From Oligoflexia bacterium (GTDB lineage: Bacteria; Bdellovibrionota; Bdellovibrionia; JABDDW01): DNA of 64,000 nucleotides. The stretch is from assembly GCA_020847095.1 (NCBI GenBank), contig JADLCR010000058.1:3778-67777 (forward strand), read 5' to 3'. Below are positions 54,449 to 63,657 of the stretch, piece after piece. Numbering within the stretch: the first letter of the stretch is position 1; every line of letters starts with the position of its first letter. The position numbers and the translations under genes are program-made. A model generated the notes under the pieces. It saw only the letters and a program-made list of their open reading frames with translations. It was not told the origin of the DNA and made no database searches.

Positions 54449-55411
54449 TTAAAAATGCGCGCCAATCAAGAGCTTTGCGCTCCAAAGATGGCGCGGAATA
54501 TCAATTGAGCGCGTCGTAAAGGTTGTAATATCTCCGGTCACCACCACCGTCATTAAAAAATCATCGCCGTTGAATCCAAATGATGCCAAGGCGTCTGCCT
54601 TTCCGGAGCTACCGGTCGATTTATATTCCGTTTGATCATCGCTATAAACGCGCCACAGGCCGCCAAGACCTAGGTTCACCGCCGCTGACGTAAACCATTT
54701 CTGAGTCCAAGCAACCGTGTATCCGTATCCCCCTTTAGCCTCCAAGGAGTAAAAGTGGCCCACTTTGATTCTCGAGTCATTTCCGAATTCATTTCTGACA
54801 GCGGCTGGAATCATAAAGTTGTCATTTGAAAAATGAGTGTCCGTTGCCGATAAACCCAAAAGCCAAGAACCACCACTGCTTTCTTGTCGAGCATTTTGGT
54901 CAAGGGCCGCCATATACGAAAATGATTCTGGGTTTGAAATAAACGTTAGATTGGCAGAAGCGTTTCCTGAGGTCATATTGCGTTCTTTGATATGGTTAGG
55001 TTCCTGGACCGTCGGATCTATCTCTGCGGAGTTTTCAATAAAAAACCCCTTGTACTGCTGATAATTCAAAGCCATGTGAAATCTTCGAAACGCGAACGAA
55101 AAGCGATAATCGATATAATCGGTGATGCCTTTGGATTCGCGAGTTTCTGCAGCTTCGGGACCTTGAAATCCGATACCCGCTCCAAAAAGACCATGAATTG
55201 AAAAATCAACTCCGGTAATCGAGCGCAAGTTGGGTTGCCATTTGACGATCTTGCCCGTTTGCTGACTCTTCAATTCTAATTGGTAACTCGGAAACTCAGC
55301 GTAGCCGCGAATGGTAATAAATTTGTTACTAAAATGATTGATGGATCCAGCATGAGCCGCCGTGACGCAAAGGCAAAGCCCCATCACAATAAAGGATTTG
55401 TTCATATTCAC
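54449..55411 (-). CDS. Outer-membrane beta-barrel protein, DUF4421-like
   Basis: Signal peptide, YQQYKGFFI, FSY-x-AA-x-x-Q...Q-x-x-S-x-GSW, GGYGYT, terminal IGAHF. Confidence 0.8.
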   Translation of the reverse strand: MNMNKSFIVMGLCLCVTAAHAGSINHFSNKFITIRGYAEFPSYQLELKSQQTGKIVKWQPNLRSITGVDFSIHGLFGAGIGFQGPEAAETRESKGITDYIDYRFSFAFRRFHMALNYQQYKGFFIENSAEIDPTVQEPNHIKERNMTSGNASANLTFISNPESFSYMAALDQNARQESSGGSWLLGLSATDTHFSNDNFMIPAAVRNEFGNDSRIKVGHFYSLEAKGGYGYTVAWTQKWFTSAAVNLGLGGLWRVYSDDQTEYKSTGSSGKADALASFGFNGDDFLMTVVVTGDITTFTTRSIDIPRHLWSAKLLIGAHF

Positions 55412-55413
55412 TA

Positions 55414-55947
55414 TTATTTGGCGAGTTTGTCAGAAACGAAAGCGTCAAATTTGGCAAAATCAGCGCTTCCTGACCAAAAGTCGACAACTTTTCCCTGTGA
55501 GTCAAAGAAGACTGTCAGCGGTATAGCCCCATTCCACTGTGGTAGCAGATCTTGCATAAAAAGCTCGACCTCGCCGGCTCGCATGAATGTTTGAAATTTG
55601 ACCCCTTGGTCTGAAAGAAAGTTCTTGGCCGCCGTGAGTTGATCGGTTTCATCCATCGAAACCAAAAAAACTCCCAATCCGCGGGCTCCCCATTTCTTTT
55701 GTAAGGACACAAGGTCGGGAATCTCGTGCTTACAAGGCTCACACCAAGTAGCCCAGAGGTTCACAAGAGTTAGAGGCCTTTCCTCAAGTCGAATGCGATT
55801 CTTAATATCCACCGCCGAAGCAAATGTCATCCGTTCGTCGTCTTTGGGATTCTGAGATTTCCAGAAAGTTGCCACGGCAAGAACGCCAATGGCGAGACTC
55901 ACTAGTACAACGAAAAGCCGATGCTTGGCAACGATGCTCATCCTCAT
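55414..55947 (-). CDS. TlpA/ResA-type thiol-disulfide oxidoreductase, membrane-anchored
   Basis: LVNLWATWCEPCKHEIP, AIPLTVFFD. Confidence 0.93.
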   Translation of the reverse strand: MRMSIVAKHRLFVVLVSLAIGVLAVATFWKSQNPKDDERMTFASAVDIKNRIRLEERPLTLVNLWATWCEPCKHEIPDLVSLQKKWGARGLGVFLVSMDETDQLTAAKNFLSDQGVKFQTFMRAGEVELFMQDLLPQWNGAIPLTVFFDSQGKVVDFWSGSADFAKFDAFVSDKLAK

Positions 55948-55954
55948 GAGAAAA

Positions 55955-57652
55955 TTAGTAATCGAGTCTTCTCATGATGTCAAAGCCTGGACCATTATTT
56001 CTTAAGCGATAGTCATAGGTGATGGCGCTTTCGCCGATTCTAACCCCACTATAAGGGTTAACAATATTGTCGCTGAGCAAGAACTCACCGACTCCACCGG
56101 CAACAATATCCGAGCACTGCTTTTTCATTTCATATATTTTAAGAACGCGACGATTGCCGTTTCCAGATGGATCGCCGTAGATCCACTCAAGATCCGGTGC
56201 CGTAGCTCCCAATACTCCCAAGTGCTGAGTGAAAACACCGCCATTGAGAACAATATTTCCGCCTCCGTGAACAACGCCGCCGATGGACTGCTGCGCGTAG
56301 AGTGCTGCATCTATTCGGGCCACCGCGCCAAATCCAACTCGAAAGTTTTTATCGGTGTTACAAACCTTAACAGGCAAGTCATACTCAGGTTTTAATCGGG
56401 CGATGTAGTTAGGATCTAAGTCAAAGACACCTCGGCGCTGCGCTTCACTAATAAACCCAAACGACTCTTGGCCACGAAGGAAGTTCGAAGACGCTTCCAT
56501 TCGAGAGCGCAGTATGGGAACCCATGTTCCATTGACAATATCAGCGGATTCACTGGTAATGACTTGGTTAAGGCTGAATCCATAGTAGCTATTGTAGACG
56601 TAGTTACTATTATCGCGATTCGCAATATAGTTACGAAGTCTTGTATCAGGCGGAAATGGTACCGTCAGCGGATTTGCCGAGACGGGAAGAACACCAGGAT
56701 CACCGATAACAATATGTTTACCGGTTGCCAGTCTCAAAGCATTTTCATTGTTCTGAATGGCTTGTCGCGCCTTGGTGTCAGCGGTTAAAACATTACTGCG
56801 GTACGCGGCAAAAAGTGTAGAGTTGTTCTCAACAACGATGTCATCAGGTATATAGATATTTCCTGAGACATAAATAGTGCCAATCCCATTGAATCGACCA
56901 TGAATGATGAGGTCTCCGTCAATTAGGACTTCGCCCTCTAAGGTAATGACTTGACTGCGTCCATCAAGAATCAAACTTCCATTAAAAATCTTATTAACCT
57001 TTACGGCATTAGCGACGCGGATTTTTCCTGATACCAGGTTTCGAATCTTATTAATTTTAAAACTCGGAAAGGAAAGCGGTGACGAAGTATTCATCAAGCC
57101 ATCGACAATTTTAAATGGAACGCCGGGCCCCTTAAAAACAGAAACGCGTACATAAGGATTTGGATCTGGCGGCAACAATCTTTCAAGTAAATGATGTTGA
57201 GGATCGCTTACCGTGTTACTGAACAGTCCCGTCACGACGTTGTAAGTTTGTCGAATGATCGTTTGGTTGGCCAAAACGTTTCCATAGATTGTACTTACGG
57301 AATTTTCATGCAGGCTAAATGGTGTTTGTTCAGTTGCCGCTACATCGCCGTAAACATTCATATGACAAAGCACGCAGCGCGTTTGATTCGAAACCATTCC
57401 AAAATTAAGCATGGGGACCGCCGTAGGAGACGGGCTTGGTGACGGACTTGGGCTCGGACTCGGGCTGGGGCTCGGACTTGGACTAGGGCTTGGACTCGGG
57501 CTCGGAGATGGTGTTGGTGTAGGCGATGCCTTAGTTATTGTCGGCTTTGGAATATTTCCGAATCTCACATCGCTTGAACAAGCTGAAAGACCAAGAGCCA
57601 TGGCGACCAGAACCGCTATCGAGCTTATTTTTTTATAGTTTAAACTACCCAC
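55955..57652 (-). CDS. Lipoprotein with (Ser-Pro)14 tether and PilX/DUF342-like beta-rich domain
   Basis: Likely GTG start at 57652 after AGGGAG, lipobox GLSA-C, SP repeat, GEVLIDGDLIIHG...GTIYVSGNIYI, terminal ITYDYRL. Confidence 0.7.
   Translation of the reverse strand: MGSLNYKKISSIAVLVAMALGLSACSSDVRFGNIPKPTITKASPTPTPSPSPSPSPSPSPSPSPSPSPSPSPSPSPTAVPMLNFGMVSNQTRCVLCHMNVYGDVAATEQTPFSLHENSVSTIYGNVLANQTIIRQTYNVVTGLFSNTVSDPQHHLLERLLPPDPNPYVRVSVFKGPGVPFKIVDGLMNTSSPLSFPSFKINKIRNLVSGKIRVANAVKVNKIFNGSLILDGRSQVITLEGEVLIDGDLIIHGRFNGIGTIYVSGNIYIPDDIVVENNSTLFAAYRSNVLTADTKARQAIQNNENALRLATGKHIVIGDPGVLPVSANPLTVPFPPDTRLRNYIANRDNSNYVYNSYYGFSLNQVITSESADIVNGTWVPILRSRMEASSNFLRGQESFGFISEAQRRGVFDLDPNYIARLKPEYDLPVKVCNTDKNFRVGFGAVARIDAALYAQQSIGGVVHGGGNIVLNGGVFTQHLGVLGATAPDLEWIYGDPSGNGNRRVLKIYEMKKQCSDIVAGGVGEFLLSDNIVNPYSGVRIGESAITYDYRLRNNGPGFDIMRRLDY
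57422..57526 (-). repeat. Low-complexity coding repeat SPTPTP(SP)14T
   Basis: Fourteen consecutive Ser-Pro hexamers; no two adjacent hexamers are identical at DNA level. Confidence 0.97.
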
Positions 57653-57903
57653 AAACACTTCTCCCTCAACAAGTTGTAAAGCGAGGATCATGCCGATGGG
57701 TAAAATACGGCTAAATCTATAAATTCATTGGGAAACTACATTAACCGTAGTTTGAAATGTTTTGCTCATAAATCATTCACGCAACGCAACAGAACGGGCG
57801 CTACGACTCCTATTGGCAGTTAGCCCCCACCAGACTGGACTTCTGGGATGAATATTAAAAAACTGTTAACTGATTTTACAGAACCAGACTTTGGACAGTT
57901 TTT

Positions 57904-57941
57904 AAAAAAGCAAATCCCCCTTCTGATTGAGAAGGGGGATT
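57904..57941 (-). terminator. Rho-independent terminator of the 57970-59745 gene
   Basis: Perfect 12-bp stem AATCCCCCTTCT / AGAAGGGGGATT, 5-nt loop, followed on the minus strand by GCTTTTTT. Confidence 0.88.
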
Positions 57942-57969
57942 CGTTAAACCTTCAACTCATCAACGTCGG

Positions 57970-59745
57970 TTATCGCACTTCGAGCGAACGGCTGCCGCCA
58001 TTGAGAGCGTTAACAATGAGCTGCCAGTTAAAATCCATTTGCTGAGGTTCTTTTTCCAAAGAAACGTCAAATGGATTAAGTCGCTGGCCGTAGAGCACTT
58101 TTCTCAGATCAGCGAGTTCTTCCATTGTGTAACCCGGAATCATAACATGGCGGCCGGTCATGGCTTCACCTACCACTCCCATCATTTGCCCTTCATAGGC
58201 GACTTCAGCAAACGCGCGGCTTCTGAATAAAATGTTCCAAAATCCTGAGGGAACATAAATCGAAATCGGAATATTGATCCACTTTGTTAGCAGCTCGGAC
58301 AAGGCAAAACTAGAAGGCATCACAACTCGTACTGCCGTTACGAAGGCTTCTAAGCCGATACGATTCGCAGCCTTGAACCACTTCATGTTCTCGTAGACAT
58401 GAACCGAAGGAGTTTTAATCAAGCTCATGCGCTTCATGGCCAGGGAAAACACGCCTTTTCGCTTTCCATCTTTAAAAACCGTTGCAAAGCGCTGATCTGG
58501 CCACATTTTTACTTCGTAGCCCTTTTTATTGAGCCACTCGAGATTTTCTTTTCGATACTTATCTTCAAGATCCATGACGAGACGTCGTTTCTTCGGCCCA
58601 TTTGCAACGTCATCGGTTTCTAGAATCTTATTGAGATACAACAGTGTTGTGGTGACATCGGCAAACTGCCTCAAGTTATCTGCGTCAATATCGAGTTTAT
58701 AATCGCCTCGCAGATACGCCTCTAACAATGCAAGCAGCTGATTCTCATGAGCGTCTTGCTGTGCTTGAACGTTGTCCGTAATTCTTGTCACGAGAATGCT
58801 GAGTATATTTCCAACCTGACCGAGCAGGGACTCAAGAAGCATTGTCTGGCTTTCGAGCTGTTGGAGACTATACTTGCCCGCTAAAATCTGAGTTGGATCG
58901 GCATAATTCACGACCCATGCTGGAAGATCGGGTGCGGCACCAGCCTTTGCCACGCTTGGGCTCCAGGTCATGGTGAACTCTTTTGCTTGAGCATTCCAAA
59001 TCAAATTGAATTGACTTAAAAAGCCTTCGACATCGGTAATTTTAGTGGTTTTTCTCAAAACAAGTTTAGAAAAGCTTTCCGCCCAGGCGGTCAACTTCTG
59101 CTTTTGCTTAGCAGTGTAATAAATGTCTCCCATGGTGAAAGACGCGGGAGCAAAGCCGTCGCGCTTGTTAGCTGCCTTTGGGCCACCATGAGCGGCAATC
59201 CAGCGATCATTAAATTTGATCTTGGCAAAAGCATCGATGCCACGAGTTTCATCATCGGCCGAGCTGAACGGAAGATTGGCCTCTTCAACTTCTTTGAAAT
59301 CATTGTAAAAGCCATAATGAGCGCTTTCTTCCCATGGATCCAATTGCGTCACGGGCTCGGGAAGTTGCTTTTCTGCTCCATTCAAAATAACGGATGGGTT
59401 TTCTTTCGTTGTTTTATATTTTTGAAAAAGTTGACGAAGAGAAAACTGGCCGATTCCAATAGATCCCAAAATTTTATCAGTCCATGATAGCTGATCCATT
59501 GCGAGATCAAAAATAACCAAGGGGTATCCCTGCGGATCTACCAAAATAACAAAGCGATCAGCTATGGGAATGGCACCGTAGCCACCCTTTTGGTTTTTAA
59601 TTAATTGGATTCGGGCTTGCTCCGCTGTGGGTGATTTAATGTATTTGGGATTGCTGGCGACCTCTTCCCAAGTCTTGGGCAATTTCGCCTGCGCCTGCAC
59701 CCCAATAGCAAGGCTCAGCAAAATTCCGATTGTTGAACGCAACAT
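57970..59745 (-). CDS. Secreted hypothetical protein (591 aa)
   Basis: RBS AAGGAGG, signal ...GVQAQA, no Cys in the mature chain, C-proximal hydrophobic helices. Confidence 0.82.
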   Translation of the reverse strand: MLRSTIGILLSLAIGVQAQAKLPKTWEEVASNPKYIKSPTAEQARIQLIKNQKGGYGAIPIADRFVILVDPQGYPLVIFDLAMDQLSWTDKILGSIGIGQFSLRQLFQKYKTTKENPSVILNGAEKQLPEPVTQLDPWEESAHYGFYNDFKEVEEANLPFSSADDETRGIDAFAKIKFNDRWIAAHGGPKAANKRDGFAPASFTMGDIYYTAKQKQKLTAWAESFSKLVLRKTTKITDVEGFLSQFNLIWNAQAKEFTMTWSPSVAKAGAAPDLPAWVVNYADPTQILAGKYSLQQLESQTMLLESLLGQVGNILSILVTRITDNVQAQQDAHENQLLALLEAYLRGDYKLDIDADNLRQFADVTTTLLYLNKILETDDVANGPKKRRLVMDLEDKYRKENLEWLNKKGYEVKMWPDQRFATVFKDGKRKGVFSLAMKRMSLIKTPSVHVYENMKWFKAANRIGLEAFVTAVRVVMPSSFALSELLTKWINIPISIYVPSGFWNILFRSRAFAEVAYEGQMMGVVGEAMTGRHVMIPGYTMEELADLRKVLYGQRLNPFDVSLEKEPQQMDFNWQLIVNALNGGSRSLEVR

Positions 59746-59772
59746 GAGTTCCTCCTTGAGTGAACGTTAGAT

Positions 59773-59788
59773 TTGGACTGACGTCTAA
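59773..59788. promoter_or_regulatory. TTGGAC-TGAC-GTCTAA (YTRGAC-N4-GTCYAR), with a second degenerate copy CAAGAC-TAAG-GTCCAG at 59829-59844
   Basis: Intergenic, 28 nt upstream of the ATG at 59745. Confidence 0.45.
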
Positions 59789-59933
59789 CGTTAACAGGCT
59801 ATGTTTTATGGATTCAAGAACTTGACCCCAAGACTAAGGTCCAGAAATTAACCAAAGTCTTGAGTGACGCGGCGGGCGTCGGACAAACTCAGAAAATCAA
59901 TCTCTCCTCGAGATGAAGACGTTCAGTTTGACC

Positions 59934-59960
59934 CCGGGATCTTCGGATCCCGGTTTTTTT
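59934..59960 (+). terminator. Intrinsic terminator hairpin CCGGGATC-TTCG-GATCCCGG plus T7, oriented for the plus strand
   Basis: 8-bp GC-rich stem, cUUCGg tetraloop and U-tract read only on the plus strand. It abuts the xylH stop and may also act bidirectionally. Confidence 0.8.
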
Positions 59961-61125
59961 ATCTCCTCGATTGGCTCCACATATCGGCCCAGACGGCGAC
60001 AACCAAAACGACTCCTTTAACAACAAACTGCCAATACGGCTCCATGTTGGCGAGACTCATTCCGTTGTTGAGACTTTCCATCACAAGGGCACCTAAAAGA
60101 GCACCAGGAATACTTCCTTTGCCCCCCATCAGCGACGTTCCGCCGATGACACAACTAGCGATGGCATCGAGCTCAAGGAGTTGGCCAGCGTCAGGAGATG
60201 CAGAACCCACCCGGGCTGTTAAGACGACTCCTGCAAGAGCGGTGAGAAATCCCATCACCATATATATGCTCATGGTGACGCCACGAATATTAATACCGGA
60301 CAAAAACGCGGCATCACTATTTCCGCCTATGGCGTAGATGCGTCGGCCCCAAGTGGTTCGCTGTGAAATGACGTAAAAAATGATCATCAAGCTCAACATC
60401 AAGAGTACAGGGACCGGAATTCCCTCGTAGCTTGCTAATACCCGCATGAATCCGACTACTAAGCCCGTTAACGCCAAGGCCGAGACTAGAAATGCTCCAA
60501 AGGACTCGGTCTCCAATCCAAATTGCTTGGCCTGCCGTCGAGCGTTTGCCATCAAGGCCAATACTACAATCAGAGCCAGAATGCATATCGTCCATCCGGT
60601 TTGAGCCGAAACGTAAGCCGTTCCCAACGACTGTATCCAGTTGGCTTCAAGTGGAACCGTGGAGTTTTTGGTAATCATCATAGATGCCCCACGAAACACC
60701 ATCATTCCACCCAAAGTTACAATAAAAGCTGGGATTCGCTGATAGCTTAAGAGCCAACCTTGAAAAGTTCCAATTGTGATACCGGCCAGCAGAGTGACTA
60801 GAATTGAATTCATCGGAGACAATCCAAATTCTGAGCCCGCGACTGCGAGAACAGCGCCCAAAAAGCAGACAACACTTCCAACAGAAAGATCAATATGACC
60901 GGCTACAATGATAAGCACCATGCCCACAGACAAAATCCCGGTCACCGACATTTGCCGAAGAAGGTTGCTCAAATTTCGAGGTTGCAAGAACGCCCCATCC
61001 GTCATGATGGCAAACGTGAGCCAAATTGCCGCCAATGCCAACACCATGGTGTAAGTTCGCAATGCTAATTTAAATGGTGATGGCCTCTGTAGGGCCCCTT
61101 GCTTAAAAGCCATAGTTTCTAACAT
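59959..61125 (-). CDS. xylH: D-xylose-type sugar ABC transporter permease
   Basis: NLSNLLRQMSVTGIL, GHIDLSVGS, IPAFIVTLGG, GRRIYAIGGN-x-x-AA-x-LSGI, ELDAIASCVIGGTS. Start is either 61125 or 61113. Confidence 0.9.
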   Translation of the reverse strand: MLETMAFKQGALQRPSPFKLALRTYTMVLALAAIWLTFAIMTDGAFLQPRNLSNLLRQMSVTGILSVGMVLIIVAGHIDLSVGSVVCFLGAVLAVAGSEFGLSPMNSILVTLLAGITIGTFQGWLLSYQRIPAFIVTLGGMMVFRGASMMITKNSTVPLEANWIQSLGTAYVSAQTGWTICILALIVVLALMANARRQAKQFGLETESFGAFLVSALALTGLVVGFMRVLASYEGIPVPVLLMLSLMIIFYVISQRTTWGRRIYAIGGNSDAAFLSGINIRGVTMSIYMVMGFLTALAGVVLTARVGSASPDAGQLLELDAIASCVIGGTSLMGGKGSIPGALLGALVMESLNNGMSLANMEPYWQFVVKGVVLVVAVWADMWSQSRR

Positions 61126-62647
61126 CCACTCCCCCAAATACTGACTGCGTCGCCAGAGTCATAATTTTCTCAGGAGTTGCCATCGAGCGCTCTAACTCTC
61201 CTGTAATTCGTCCTTCATTTAAAACCAAAATACGATCAGCTAGTCCCATAAGCTCGGGCAATTCAGAAGAAACAAGAACCACCGCCATTCCCTGCGAAGC
61301 GAGGTCTGTAATCAAAGTGTAAATCTCTTGCTTCGCCCCCACGTCAATTCCGCGAGTCGGCTCATCTAAAAACAAGATCTTGGGCTTAGTGGTAAGACAT
61401 TTTGCCAGAACAACCTTTTGTTGATTTCCTCCTGAAAGAGACTTTACGGGAGCCTCTACGGAAGAAGTTTTTACTTTTAGTTTTTTAGTCATATCCTTGG
61501 CGTGGCTTGCCATCGCAAGCGATTTCAAGAACCCAAATTTTGAGAACAGCTCCAGGCCTGAAATGGTCATATTGCGAGACACTGAGTCGTCGAGAACTAA
61601 TCCCTGCCGCTTTCGATCTTCAGGGACAAAGGCCACACCCTGAGTCCAAGCCTGTGAGGGTGAATGAATTTTAGTCTTCACACCCATAAGTTTGGTTTCA
61701 CACTGAACGGGAAGCCTTAAACCACCAAAAAGTGCCTGCAATAATTCAGATCGGCCCGATCCCATAAGTCCGCCGATTCCCAATATTTCTCCCGCTCGCA
61801 CTTTAAAGCTAATATCCTTAAGTAAGTATCCCGAGCGCTTTTGAGCATCGGCAACGTTGAGATTTTCAACTTCGAAAACCACCTGCCCCGGTTGTCGAGA
61901 AGACTCCGGAAACAAAGTTGAAACTTCTCGCCCTACCATTTCAGAAATAATCTGCGTCTCAGTGAGACCATGGCGATCGTGGGTCGCGATGGTCGAACCG
62001 TCGCGCAAAACAGTAACGCGATCGGCAACCTCTAATACTTCATCCAATTTATGAGAAATTAATATGGAACTCATCCCCTCACTCTTAAGTCGTTTCAAAA
62101 GTCTTAAGAGATTAGCAATTTCTTCTTTTGTAAGTGCTGACGTAGGCTCATCTAACACCAATATACGGGGGTTCTGACTTAAGGCTTTTGCGATCTCTAC
62201 CAGTTGTTGCTGTCCAACCCCCAACTCTTTGACTGGGCGGCGCACGTTTGCATTTAGACCCACAACCTTAAGTAGCTTTTGGGCATCAGAAAATAACTTT
62301 GACCATTGAATAAATCCCGCAAACTGCGGCTCGCGGCCCAAGAAAATATTCTCTCCGATACTTTGCTCGGGAATTAATGAAAGCTCTTGATGAATAATGG
62401 CAATACCCGATCGCTCACTGTCGCGAATGGAAGAGAAGTGCTTCGGCGCTCCCTCGATGACTATTCGACCGTTGAAGCTGCCCTGAGGATAAACGCCCGA
62501 CAGTATTTTCATGAGCGTTGATTTTCCAGCGCCATTTTCACCGCAAAGCGCGTGGATCTCGCCGGGCTCAATATCAAAGTTCACCATTTGAAGCGCAAGC
62601 ACTCCGCCGAAGTCTTTTGAGATGTTCTCCATTCTCAATAAGGACAT
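61103..62647 (-). CDS. xylG: D-xylose-type sugar ABC transporter ATP-binding protein (CUT2, two NBDs)
   Basis: GENGAGKST, LDEPT, LSGGNQQKV, LFLDEPTRGIDVGAK. Confidence 0.92.
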   Translation of the reverse strand: MSLLRMENISKDFGGVLALQMVNFDIEPGEIHALCGENGAGKSTLMKILSGVYPQGSFNGRIVIEGAPKHFSSIRDSERSGIAIIHQELSLIPEQSIGENIFLGREPQFAGFIQWSKLFSDAQKLLKVVGLNANVRRPVKELGVGQQQLVEIAKALSQNPRILVLDEPTSALTKEEIANLLRLLKRLKSEGMSSILISHKLDEVLEVADRVTVLRDGSTIATHDRHGLTETQIISEMVGREVSTLFPESSRQPGQVVFEVENLNVADAQKRSGYLLKDISFKVRAGEILGIGGLMGSGRSELLQALFGGLRLPVQCETKLMGVKTKIHSPSQAWTQGVAFVPEDRKRQGLVLDDSVSRNMTISGLELFSKFGFLKSLAMASHAKDMTKKLKVKTSSVEAPVKSLSGGNQQKVVLAKCLTTKPKILFLDEPTRGIDVGAKQEIYTLITDLASQGMAVVLVSSELPELMGLADRILVLNEGRITGELERSMATPEKIMTLATQSVFGGVDVRNYGF

Positions 62648-63657
62648 TACTTCACATTCTTATAAACGGCTTCTTTCTTATGAAACCCGTCGGCAATAAT
62701 CGTTTTATCAATGTTCGCCTTATCAACAGGCAGCGGCTTAATCAAAATCGAAGGAACATCTTTTTTGCCGTTGTTAAGTGATTGTCCTGTCTTAGGTAAA
62801 GGCTCTCCTTTTGCGAGAGAAATGGCCACTTCCGCCGCGCGATAAGCCAGGGTTTTGATGGGTTTATAGACCGTCATAGATTGGGTTCCTTCAACGATTC
62901 GCTGGCAAGCGGCCAAGTCAGCATCCTGGCCAGTGACAAGAACTTTTTCCGCAAGCTTTTGCTGTTTCAGTGCAGAAATGGCGCCGCCAGCGGTTCCGTC
63001 GTTACTGGCTACAATGGCTTGAATATTATTTGAAAATTTGCTCAATGCATTTTCGGTGTGTTTGAGCGCTTCACTGGGTTGCCAATCTCTCGCCCAAGTA
63101 TCCAGTGCGATTTTGATTTCGCCTCGGTCAAGCGCTGGCTTGAGCGCTTCCATTTGTCCTTTTCTTACGAGTAGCGCATTAAAATCCGTCGGAGCCCCTC
63201 CAATTAGGAGAAAGTTACCCTTTTTTGCTTTCTGAAGGGCGTACATTCCTTGAAGACGACCAACCTCGACGGGATCAAAAGTCACATACAAATCTAAATC
63301 AGAGTTTTGAATCAACCGATCGTAGGCAATAACTTTTTTGCCCACTTTATGGGCCGCTTCTACGATCGAAGCTGCAGCTACGCCATTGTGCGGAACCACA
63401 ACCAAGACATCGACATTTTGTGTTAGCAAATTTTCAGCTTGGCTTACTTGAAGGGAATCATTTCCGTTTGAGGCCTGCACGAGAACTTCAGCGCCCAGCT
63501 CTTCAGCGCGCTTAACAAATAGGTCACGATCTCGCTGCCAACGTTCTTCTTTTAGGGTATCCATAGACAATCCTATCCGAATCTTTTTTTCGCCAGCGGC
63601 GTGGACCATCGTAGAAGAAATCAATAAAGACAGAATTGTTGTCAAGATCACACCCAT
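62647..63657 (-). CDS. xylF: D-xylose ABC transporter periplasmic binding protein
   Basis: IGLSMDTLKEERWQRDRDLF, VIAYDRLI, GGAPTDFNA, VASNDGTAGGAI, VTGQDADLAA, MTVYKPI. Confidence 0.92.
   Translation of the reverse strand: MGVILTTILSLLISSTMVHAAGEKKIRIGLSMDTLKEERWQRDRDLFVKRAEELGAEVLVQASNGNDSLQVSQAENLLTQNVDVLVVVPHNGVAAASIVEAAHKVGKKVIAYDRLIQNSDLDLYVTFDPVEVGRLQGMYALQKAKKGNFLLIGGAPTDFNALLVRKGQMEALKPALDRGEIKIALDTWARDWQPSEALKHTENALSKFSNNIQAIVASNDGTAGGAISALKQQKLAEKVLVTGQDADLAACQRIVEGTQSMTVYKPIKTLAYRAAEVAISLAKGEPLPKTGQSLNNGKKDVPSILIKPLPVDKANIDKTIIADGFHKKEAVYKNVK

Noticed and set aside
57411-57638. Plus-strand (Gly-Leu)n ORF
   Set aside because: Antisense shadow of the Ser-Pro repeat in the lipoprotein gene.
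59880-59935. Glycine riboswitch on the minus strand (GAGGAGAGATT)
   Set aside because: Only the first motif is present; the CCGAAG and CTCAGG elements are missing.
59864-60337. 157-aa plus-strand ORF
   Set aside because: Mostly antisense to the conserved xylH, crosses an intrinsic terminator, and has no RBS or recognisable motif.
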